Shown in pieces: positions 6,946 to 14,983 of a stretch of DNA of 64,000 nt (positions within the stretch are counted from its first letter, which is position 1; the number at the start of each line of letters is the position of its first letter). Under the pieces are notes generated by a model. The model was not told the origin of the DNA. It saw nothing but the letters and a program-made list of their open reading frames with translations, and searched no databases. The stretch lies in contig OX638340.1 in the NCBI GenBank assembly GCA_951812955.1, positions 480,001 to 544,000 on the forward strand, given 5' to 3'. This DNA is from an uncultured Gemmatimonadota bacterium. GTDB taxonomy: Bacteria; JAAXHH01. The position numbers were made by a program, and so were the translations under genes.

Positions 6946-9936
6946 CTACGCCTCCGGCGACGCTTCCCCGGTCTCGGACGAACCTTCGTCCGCATCGGGC
7001 GACTTGAGCAGTTTCTGAATCAGTCTCGTTCTTTCTTCTTCCACTTCTTTCCTCATCTGCCTGTCTTCATCGATATCGAAGTATCTTCTTCCGTCGATCC
7101 AGGTCTGTTCGCATTTCGTATACGTGGACAGGGGATGGCCGTTCCAGATCACAAAATCGGCGTCCTTGCCCGGCTCGAGCGATCCGACCCAGGGATCGAT
7201 GGCCAGTTGCTTCGCCGCGTTGAGCGTGACGAACTTCAGGGCTTCTACCTCGTCGACCCCGCCGTATTTCACCGCCTTTGCCGCCTCGGTGTTCAGTCGC
7301 CGGGCGAGTTCATCGCTGTCGGAGTTGAAGGTGACCAGTACGCCCGCGTCGTGCATCAAGGCCCCGTTGTAGGGAATGGCGTCGTAGGCTTCCACCTTGA
7401 ACGCCCACCAGTCGCTGAAGGCAGAAGCACCCGCGCCGTGGGCGGCCAGTTCGGGTGCGACCTTGTACCCCTCCAGCACGTGTTGAAAGGTGCCGATCGT
7501 AAAACCGAAATCTTCGGCCACCCGAAGGAGCATCAGGATCTCGTCCTGCCGATAGGAATGACAGTGGACGAGACGTTCGCCGGCCAGGATCTCCTGCAGT
7601 GTTTCCAGTTCGAGGTCGCGCCGGGGAGGGACGACGCCGGATTTATCTTCCAGAGCGTTGTACCGGTCCCACGACTGTTGATATTCCCGGGCCGCGCGGA
7701 AACGGTCGCGGATGATCTGTTCGACCCCCATGCGGGTCTGTGGATAGCGGTCGCTGAGAATGCGCCAGTTGCTGCGCTTGACGTTCTCGCCCAGGGCGAA
7801 CTTGATCCCCGCCTTGGCTTCGGAGAATTTGAGTTCCTCGGGGCCTGTACCCCATCTCAGCTTGATGACCTGGTTCTTGCCGCCAATCGGATTGGCCGAC
7901 CCGTGCAATACATTGGCCACGGTGAGACCGCCGGCCAGCTCTCGGTACATGGCGATATCGTAGCTGTCGATGACGTCTCCGATACCCACCTCGGCGGTCA
8001 CGGCCTGCGTGCCCTCGTTGATGCCCTCCATGATGGCCGTGTGCGAATGGGCGTCGATGATGCCGGGCGTGACGTGCTTGCCGGTACCGTCGATTTCTAC
8101 GGCATCCTCTGGCGCTTCGAGGTTCGTACCCACCTCGTCGATTTTCCCCGCGCGGATCAGCACGTCCGCGTTTTCCAGTTTGCCCCGCTCGTCCAGCGTC
8201 CACACCGTGGCGTTCCGCACGACGAAGTATTCCGGCTGCGCTGGCGCGCTTTCTCTACCGAAGGCTCCGGGTGGATACAGCGCCGGCGGTTCGTCTGCCG
8301 CGGCGGACTTCGGAATCTCCAGCGTTACCGCTTCATGCTCCGCGATGCGTTCCGCTGACCAGCTCACGCTTTCGCCGCCGGGGCGGACCCCCCGGCCCGA
8401 GATCCGGTCTCCCTGGACAGAACCCGAAAAACGCCAAACACCGGCTTCACCCAGCGCTTCATGCTCAATGCTGAATGCGATTCGGGTATCGTCCAGGTCC
8501 ATGCGGACCGTCTTGATCGTGGTACCGTCTTTGTCGATGGTGCCCTTCGGCGAACCCGCCGATCCTTCAATGGCCAGCGACAGGCTGTCTCCCTGCAGGA
8601 CGATCAGCCACGTCCCCCGTGGATCGACTACCGGGCGTGGGGTGACCACGTGACGGTTACCCGCGACCCACACATCCTGCACGCGCACGCCCTCAGCGAA
8701 CAGGGGGCCGTCGGTAATCGTCATGTTGGCCAGTTTCCCGGACTCCAGCGTACCGAGCTGGCGGCTAATGCCAAGCATGGATGCAGGGGTCGTAGTCAAC
8801 GAGGCCAGCGCGGCTTCATAATCCAGCCCGTGCTCGATCGCTTCCCGCACCCTTTCGTGAAAGTCGGCGCTTTTACCCAGCCTTGTACTGCTCAGCGCAA
8901 TGGGGATCCCGGCCCGGTGCAATTGGCCCGGATTCCCGGGCGCCAGGTCCCAGTGCCGCAGTTCTTCCAACGTGACGTCCACGGCGTCTTCCGGCGTGGA
9001 TACGGAGAGATCTTCCGACCGTGGAAAATCGAGCGGCAGGATGACCGGCGCGCCCACTTCGCGCACCGCGTCCAGCATGCGGTATTCATGGCCGCTGCCC
9101 CGGACGAGGAATCGAAGTCCGAATTCATCCGCCAGACTGGCGGCACGCAGAAAGGCGTGGTCGTCATCGACACTCATGAGAACGGCCTGGCCGCGGGCGA
9201 TCACCCCGTCCAGCGCCGCCAGCGCGTCATTGTCCTCCGGGCGTTCCTGCTGGGGATTCTCTGCGAAAGCCGCATGGGCGTCCCGGTACCATTGCGCGTC
9301 CAGGATCGTCTGCCGTATGAGGGCCGCGACGCCCATCATGGAGGCCGGATAGGTGCGGTTCCGGTTTCTCTTCATGCGCAGATGCTGGAACACATCGCGC
9401 TTCAGTATGTTCTCGTTGGGCGATCCGGAACCCAGGTTCACCACCGCGCTGCTGCCAGAGAAAACTCCCCGATCGGCTACGACCATGGCCGCCGCGAAAC
9501 CGGATTTACGCAGCCGGGCGAGTTCCTGCTCACTGACGCGGTATGCTTCGCCGGCGGCGCGTTCAGGACGGACACCGGGATTCCAGTGGGTCGATCCCGT
9601 GGACTTCTCCGCTTCCTCTTCCGGCAGGCCGGCCTGTGTGAACATCTCGATCAATCCGGGATAAATGGTCTTGCCGGAATAGTCCCACCGCTGGGCGTCC
9701 GGTGGAATGTCGACGGACGCTCCGGCTTCCACGATCAGCCCGTCCCGGACGATCACGACGCCCCTGTTGATCACGAGATCGGGCCGGACGTAAATCCGGG
9801 CGTCCTCCAGGGCGTGGACGCGTGAAGGATTCTCCCGCAGTCCCGTCTGCGGCGCCGTCTGCTGGGCTTCCGCGGCAAGGGTGACCGCCCCGGACAGCAG
9901 CATGGCCTGGATCATGATCCAACAGGTTTTCAGCAT
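6946..9936 (-). CDS. Large secreted two-domain amidohydrolase-family protein. The first domain lacks HxH; the second has it.
   Basis: Start chosen at the ATG at 9934-9936 (MLKTCWIMIQAMLLSGAVTLAAEA), which is signal-like and preceded by GGAGGAG. The first amidohydrolase-like domain has YPGLIEMFTQ with no HxH and a C-terminal GKLANMTITDGPL. The second domain has TPGIIDAHSHTAIMEG and a C-terminal GKDADFVIWNGHPL. Confidence 0.7.
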   Translation of the reverse strand: MLKTCWIMIQAMLLSGAVTLAAEAQQTAPQTGLRENPSRVHALEDARIYVRPDLVINRGVVIVRDGLIVEAGASVDIPPDAQRWDYSGKTIYPGLIEMFTQAGLPEEEAEKSTGSTHWNPGVRPERAAGEAYRVSEQELARLRKSGFAAAMVVADRGVFSGSSAVVNLGSGSPNENILKRDVFQHLRMKRNRNRTYPASMMGVAALIRQTILDAQWYRDAHAAFAENPQQERPEDNDALAALDGVIARGQAVLMSVDDDHAFLRAASLADEFGLRFLVRGSGHEYRMLDAVREVGAPVILPLDFPRSEDLSVSTPEDAVDVTLEELRHWDLAPGNPGQLHRAGIPIALSSTRLGKSADFHERVREAIEHGLDYEAALASLTTTPASMLGISRQLGTLESGKLANMTITDGPLFAEGVRVQDVWVAGNRHVVTPRPVVDPRGTWLIVLQGDSLSLAIEGSAGSPKGTIDKDGTTIKTVRMDLDDTRIAFSIEHEALGEAGVWRFSGSVQGDRISGRGVRPGGESVSWSAERIAEHEAVTLEIPKSAAADEPPALYPPGAFGRESAPAQPEYFVVRNATVWTLDERGKLENADVLIRAGKIDEVGTNLEAPEDAVEIDGTGKHVTPGIIDAHSHTAIMEGINEGTQAVTAEVGIGDVIDSYDIAMYRELAGGLTVANVLHGSANPIGGKNQVIKLRWGTGPEELKFSEAKAGIKFALGENVKRSNWRILSDRYPQTRMGVEQIIRDRFRAAREYQQSWDRYNALEDKSGVVPPRRDLELETLQEILAGERLVHCHSYRQDEILMLLRVAEDFGFTIGTFQHVLEGYKVAPELAAHGAGASAFSDWWAFKVEAYDAIPYNGALMHDAGVLVTFNSDSDELARRLNTEAAKAVKYGGVDEVEALKFVTLNAAKQLAIDPWVGSLEPGKDADFVIWNGHPLSTYTKCEQTWIDGRRYFDIDEDRQMRKEVEEERTRLIQKLLKSPDADEGSSETGEASPEA

Positions 9937-10008
9937 GATTCTCCTCCTGCAGAAAAGATTCAGATACTGATTAAAACCCAAAGCAGCACAATAACTTACT
10001 AACATTCA

Positions 10009-10548
10009 CTACATTAATTGTTCAATGACTTTGTCCAGTGCCTGGTCGATCTGGGCAGCGAGTGCTTTCCCGTCCAACCGGCCGATGGGATGATCGATCT
10101 CGACGATGGGATAGCCACCGTTTCCCAGTTGTTCGGCCATCACCCGTGCGGTGTGTGTGAAGTTGGACGTACAAAGCAGTGCGGCCGGTAGTCCAAGGTG
10201 CTCGAGCATGAGGACATCGTGCATGCTGCACGCGCTGCAGGACCCTCAGTCTCCGACTCCCACGAGTGCGAAATTGCAGCGCCTTACGATAAGATCGGTC
10301 ATCTCTTCTGACAGCACGCGACTTGCGCTTTCCTTGGTGTATTCAACCGAATCCACAGGATGGGCCAGGCGAATCGTTAACTGCTCGAAGAGGCCGCGCA
10401 GGATCACGTCGGAATTGGGCTTGCCGTTTCCCACCAGCGCGGCTGTGACATGCTGAACACCCAGGGGCCGCAGCGCCATGCGAAGGGTCGATGTGTCGGC
10501 CGAGGCCGTGGGATCAACGAGGGTTACCGACATTTTCACACGCTCCAT
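10009..10548 (-). CDS. UGSC-motif selenoprotein candidate. An in-frame TGA at 10246..10248 is read as selenocysteine. The ORF track splits it into 10246..10548 and 10009..10224.
   Basis: The upstream ORF ends ...RCNFALVGVGD-TGA. The same frame continues GSCSACSMHDVLMLEHLG... for 78 more codons to the stop at 10009. This yields a U-G-S-C redox-type motif. GC-rich palindromes lie directly 3' of the UGA: CUGCA-GCGCG-UGCAG and CGUGCA-GCA-UGCACG. Confidence 0.5.
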
Positions 10549-10583
10549 GTTTCCGCGGAAGGCGGGTATTCAGTACGTTCCGT

Positions 10584-11603
10584 TCATTGCCTGGTGGTGC
10601 AGGTTGAGATCCAGCGCGTAACCGGCCGCGACCCTACGCCTCTGCCCGAACCCAGCCACGGCGGAATGATGGCGGAATGTCCGCCGGCCGATCCTCCAGC
10701 GAACATGATCCATATGCCATCCCGGTCCGGCGTCAGCGTGACGGGTTCTTCGGGACCCAGGTCGTCGTGCCTGCCCGTTGCCTGGATTTCACGTCCCGTG
10801 GCCGCCGTGCGTTCAAAAAGCGCTTCACGGATCATTTCACGAGTCCACCCGGCCCGGCTGAATACCGATCGGTGTTCCGGGCAGATGATGAATACGATGG
10901 CTGCGCCGGCGTAGTTGGTCGTCCGGGCGACGCGCGCAAACGAGTCGATCAGGCCATCGGGCTGGTCGTTAACGTGGTCGGCTACGGAGTGGGGTGCTTC
11001 GGCGGCAAGGACCGTGACGGCGTTTTTGTCCGGGGAAACGCCCAGTTCTTCGCCCTGGGTCGGCCATCCGGCGCAACGGGCTTCCGGCAGACAGTACGCA
11101 ATGCGTCCGGCATGGGCTATCGTCGCCCGGTCCAGGTCACCCGGCACACTGCCGACACCGTTTCGTATGACCAGGTTCAAGGCACGCCCCAGCGTCAGAT
11201 TGGACCGGTTGCCCGCACCGAGCACGGCCGTTTCCGGATTGAAACGCAACGACTCCACAACGGGACCGTGGACGATCGCCAGGGGGGCGGCGCCGCCAGT
11301 GCTGGCCGACGGTCCGACGATATTGAACGCCGGGTCCAGGATGGCCTCGACCGTGGCAAGGACGACAGGGAACAGCGAATCAGTGCATCCCGCCATAACC
11401 GCGTTCGCCGCCACCAGTTCGGCTGAGATGGATCTGTTCCGCTCAGGCACCGTGCCGATTTCACGGTCCGGTTCGATGCCGTGCGCATCGAGCATCCGAT
11501 CAATGCGATCGCGGACGGGCGGCACCACGGGAAGGCCATCCGACCAGCCCCGGTCGAAGGCGTATTCTATGGCATCAATTTCGGATTCGACCTGGTGGGC
11601 CAT
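10584..11603 (-). CDS. Hypothetical protein, about 340 aa, Cys-containing, function unknown
   Basis: A long ORF. Its start is set at the ATG at 11601-11603 (MAHQVESEIDAIEYAF...), just after the upstream cytochrome gene stop. I recognise no family. It sits between the cytochrome c gene and the selenoprotein candidate on the same strand, with gaps of 8 and 35 nt. Confidence 0.45.
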   Translation of the reverse strand: MAHQVESEIDAIEYAFDRGWSDGLPVVPPVRDRIDRMLDAHGIEPDREIGTVPERNRSISAELVAANAVMAGCTDSLFPVVLATVEAILDPAFNIVGPSASTGGAAPLAIVHGPVVESLRFNPETAVLGAGNRSNLTLGRALNLVIRNGVGSVPGDLDRATIAHAGRIAYCLPEARCAGWPTQGEELGVSPDKNAVTVLAAEAPHSVADHVNDQPDGLIDSFARVARTTNYAGAAIVFIICPEHRSVFSRAGWTREMIREALFERTAATGREIQATGRHDDLGPEEPVTLTPDRDGIWIMFAGGSAGGHSAIIPPWLGSGRGVGSRPVTRWISTCTTRQ

Positions 11604-11611
11604 TAGCAGCG

Positions 11612-12004
11612 TTACCTGCCGTAGTAGTTTTCCAGATAGGTAAGAATGGTTTCTTCGGTTTTCGAATCGAATTTCTTCAATCCCTTTTCCGCCTGCATCC
11701 AACGGATAGCATCAAGCCACTCCGCGCGGTTCGCCCGATAGGAACGGATGATCTGGGTAGGATGGCATTGGGCGCATTCCCTTTCCACGACGGGGTAGCC
11801 GTCGCCCATGATCAGCCGGGTCCGGTGGTTCAGTTCCAGGCCCGTTCGCGGGTCGAACATCGTTACGGGCTTGGCCGCCTCGGCCCTGGCATTGGCCTGT
11901 GCGACTTTCGATCGCTCCGCTTCGTAGTAGATCAGACCGACTACCAGGACATCCAGGATGATGACGAAGGCAAACTGGCCAAGTACGCGCAGAAACGAAT
12001 TCAT
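11612..12004 (-). CDS. Membrane-anchored monoheme cytochrome c family protein
   Basis: A 130-aa protein with an N-terminal hydrophobic helix (FAFVIILDVLVVGLIYY) and a single CxxCH heme-binding motif (CAQCH). Confidence 0.55.
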   Translation of the reverse strand: MNSFLRVLGQFAFVIILDVLVVGLIYYEAERSKVAQANARAEAAKPVTMFDPRTGLELNHRTRLIMGDGYPVVERECAQCHPTQIIRSYRANRAEWLDAIRWMQAEKGLKKFDSKTEETILTYLENYYGR

Positions 12005-12052
12005 GGACCACTCCTGTGATTGTGCAGACAGGGATGTGCGGCTATACGGGTA

Positions 12053-14248
12053 CTAACGCGCTCTCGCGCCGATGGGGAGTCCGAACCCTATGTACCACGT
12101 TCGGCCCGCCGCCGGTTCGAAAAAGCGGTCTCCAAAGGCATTTGGGACGATGGAACCATTGTAACGGGTGTCGAACAGGTTGTTGACGCCCGCGAAGAGG
12201 ACGCCGCCGATCATGTCCCCATTATAGGTAATACCCGCACGTAAATCAAACAGCGCGTATCCCTCGTTGATGAAGTCCGATTTCGGCTTACTGCTTCCCG
12301 GTGCGGGACCGTTGAAGTCGTTGGCAAAGTACTCCGCGGTCCACTGCGCGTTCATTTCCACGAAGGCACCGCTGCAGGGGTGAGTGTATGTGATACCGGC
12401 GAACAGATGATGGGGTGGTACACCGGGCACTTCGTTGTCCGAAAGCTGGTACAGCCTGGTGTCACCTTCGACCTCCCGTTCGAGTTCAAAATCGCTGAAT
12501 TGGAACTGCATCCCCGTGTAGGCCAGCGCCATGTCGAGCGCGGGGAGTGGTGACCAGGTCAGCTTCAGTTCGATGCCCCGGTTCCGCGTCTGGCCGGCGT
12601 TCCTGAAGAAGATCTCGTCCGTCTCAGGATTGTCGATCTGGAAGGGCAAAAGCATGTTGCGGATCCCAAAGGCGAAAACGGCCGCGTCATAGGACAACCC
12701 GGCTTCCGGCAAAAATCCCTTCACACCTGCCTCGAATCCCCGCAGTTGTTCGGGTTCCAGGCCGGGATTGAATCCCCCGGCTTCCGTGGGCCGGTTGCTC
12801 AGTTCCGACGTGGTAGGGGTCTGGAAAGCCGTGGAAAAATTGCCGTAGAACGCCGTGAGGGGAGCCGGCCGGAATGCCACACCCAGCTGGGGACTGAACT
12901 GTGCCATGTTCCGTGTCCCAGAGTCGTCGGTCCGGTCGGAAAGATACCGGTCCGTCGCCTCGAACTTGAACCGGTCATAACGACCGCCGGCGGTTACGAT
13001 GATATCCGGCCACGGCGTCCATTCGAATTCCACGAAGGGTCCGATGCCGTCAACGTTTTCCTCCTGATCCAGCCTGAGATCCCCCAGCGAAAGTTCGTCG
13101 AATACGCGTCCGTCGTCCAGTGCGCCCACAAGGTCGCCGGGTATGCCCTCGTTCCCGTATTCAAGTCGTTCATCCCGCTGTATCTCCACGTCCATTCCCA
13201 AGGTCATTCTCAATCCGCCCGAACCGATTCCGGTCTGATGGCTGTAAACGCCCCGGGCTCCGGCGCCACGGCGGTCCAGGTCGATGACCCGTCCCGGGAT
13301 AGGGTTGAACAGCGAGCGCCCCATGCCGAACACCGTAATCTCTCCCTGCCTTCCTTCTGTTTCGTACCGCAAGGAAACGCCACCCTGGGCCTGCCTGACC
13401 CGCTTCGAAGCGCCCTGGCTCCGGACGAAGAACCTCGCGCCGGCGGGGTCCGTCTCGGCCGTGGCCTTGTCCAGCGAACTCGGATTGAACTGGTAAGGCG
13501 CGTTGAAGTAGTTGATGACGGTAGTCAGATGCCAGGTCTCGTTGATCGCACGTTTACCCACCACGTTGATCCCGGTCGACCGTGCGAAGGCGTGGTCGCG
13601 GTACCCATCGATCCATAACGTGTTGTAATTGACGAGAAACTGGTTGTCGCCGGCGCTGCCGGTTGCCTTGCCCTGTATACGCCGAAAACCGTGAGAGCCG
13701 GTGATGAAGCGCGGCGTGACTTGAAAAGGCCGGTCCGAAGCCTCCTCCGAGCGAATCTGGATGACCCCACCCGCCGCATTGCCGTAAAGCGATGAACTGG
13801 GTCCGCGAAGAACCTCGATCTGCCCTGCTGAAGTGAGGTCGAGGTTATTCAGCTGTGACTGGCCGTCGGCCATGGTCAGGGGAATGCCGTCCAGCACCAG
13901 TTTCACGCCACGGACGCCGAATGAAGCCCGGCTTCCCAGGCCCCGGATGCTGATCCGGTCGCCCTGGGACACGTTGTTGCGATTGTGCACGATAATGCCG
14001 GGCAGGCTGCGCACGCTCTCCTCCAGCGACAGCCCCGGTTCGGCAAGCTGAATCGCGTCCCGGTCCACCACGTCCACTGCGTAGGGTACGTCGAGCACGG
14101 GGCGGACGTACCTCGTGGCCCTCACCTCGACGGGCTGGAGGATGTAATCGACGGAAGCGTCGGTGGTATCCGGGTCGGACTGCTGCCAGGCGTTGGCGGG
14201 AAGCAGGTAGGACAGAATTACAAAACAAAAAGGAAGGAATGGTCTCAT
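12053..14248 (-). CDS. TonB-dependent outer-membrane receptor
   Basis: A 731-aa protein with a signal peptide, an N-terminal plug region with a TonB-box-like motif, beta-barrel repeats, and a C-terminal aromatic terminus ending in ...ARAR. Confidence 0.85.
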   Translation of the reverse strand: MRPFLPFCFVILSYLLPANAWQQSDPDTTDASVDYILQPVEVRATRYVRPVLDVPYAVDVVDRDAIQLAEPGLSLEESVRSLPGIIVHNRNNVSQGDRISIRGLGSRASFGVRGVKLVLDGIPLTMADGQSQLNNLDLTSAGQIEVLRGPSSSLYGNAAGGVIQIRSEEASDRPFQVTPRFITGSHGFRRIQGKATGSAGDNQFLVNYNTLWIDGYRDHAFARSTGINVVGKRAINETWHLTTVINYFNAPYQFNPSSLDKATAETDPAGARFFVRSQGASKRVRQAQGGVSLRYETEGRQGEITVFGMGRSLFNPIPGRVIDLDRRGAGARGVYSHQTGIGSGGLRMTLGMDVEIQRDERLEYGNEGIPGDLVGALDDGRVFDELSLGDLRLDQEENVDGIGPFVEFEWTPWPDIIVTAGGRYDRFKFEATDRYLSDRTDDSGTRNMAQFSPQLGVAFRPAPLTAFYGNFSTAFQTPTTSELSNRPTEAGGFNPGLEPEQLRGFEAGVKGFLPEAGLSYDAAVFAFGIRNMLLPFQIDNPETDEIFFRNAGQTRNRGIELKLTWSPLPALDMALAYTGMQFQFSDFELEREVEGDTRLYQLSDNEVPGVPPHHLFAGITYTHPCSGAFVEMNAQWTAEYFANDFNGPAPGSSKPKSDFINEGYALFDLRAGITYNGDMIGGVLFAGVNNLFDTRYNGSIVPNAFGDRFFEPAAGRTWYIGFGLPIGARAR

Positions 14249-14305
14249 CGTGTACCGAATCTATATGGCGGGGCGGACGCTGGGCCCGCCACGCTTTGTT
14301 CACCA

Positions 14306-14935
14306 CTAATCCAATGCACGAATTTTGACATTCTTGAAACGGATTTTGCCCTGGCCGAAGGCCTGCAGCACGACGACGCCGCTGTAATGGGAGGAATCCT
14401 GGATCTTAACGGCTTCTTCCCCGTTGAGCGTGACCGTGATGTCGCGTCCGTCGGCGGTGATGACCATGGTGTTCCACTGGCCTTCGGTTTTCGGTGGCGG
14501 TTCGTATATGGCCAGCGCCACGATGCTGCCCGTGGTATATCCCGAGCTATGGGTGTCTGCGATATTGATCTCGTAGAAAGAATACTGATTCACCCTCGCC
14601 CCGGTATCGCGCGGTCCCCGGACGAATACGCCGCTGTTATGTCCGGCGTCCTGGTTGAACTGCACACTCAGCTCGAAATCGGTGAATTCGTCGTAGGTAC
14701 CGATGTATCCGGGACCCCGGCCCGTTACTTCACCGGTGAGCATGCCGTCCTCCACCGTCCAGGTTGCCGTTCCGCCCCGGTGGGTCCATCCCAGGAGGGT
14801 ATTGCCGTCGAAAAGGAGCTTCCAGCCCGCCTCTTTCTCGGCGTCGGTCAGCATGTTGTCCTGCGCGGCGGCCGTGCCGTGTATACCGACAAGGATCATG
14901 ACGGCGGCCGCCACGCTCCACATGTAGCGTTTCAT
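14306..14935 (-). CDS. DUF1080 (3-keto-disaccharide hydrolase-like) domain protein, secreted
   Basis: A 209-aa protein with a signal peptide. It carries GWKLLFDGNTLLGW...DFELSVQF...GHNSGVF...G, which is characteristic of DUF1080 concanavalin-like proteins. Confidence 0.75.
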   Translation of the reverse strand: MKRYMWSVAAAVMILVGIHGTAAAQDNMLTDAEKEAGWKLLFDGNTLLGWTHRGGTATWTVEDGMLTGEVTGRGPGYIGTYDEFTDFELSVQFNQDAGHNSGVFVRGPRDTGARVNQYSFYEINIADTHSSGYTTGSIVALAIYEPPPKTEGQWNTMVITADGRDITVTLNGEEAVKIQDSSHYSGVVVLQAFGQGKIRFKNVKIRALD

Positions 14936-14983
14936 TGCGTATCTCCTCTGTTTTTCGTTTGCTCAGGCTCTCAGTCTTTCCGA

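Noticed and set aside
10243-10251. The TGA at 10246..10248 as a simple stop, frameshift or pseudogene break separating two small hypothetical proteins.
   Set aside because: The frame is maintained across the TGA. The motif U-G-S-C straddles it. SECIS-like hairpins follow it. Selenocysteine read-through is the more parsimonious reading. Pseudogene remains the alternative if Sec machinery is absent.
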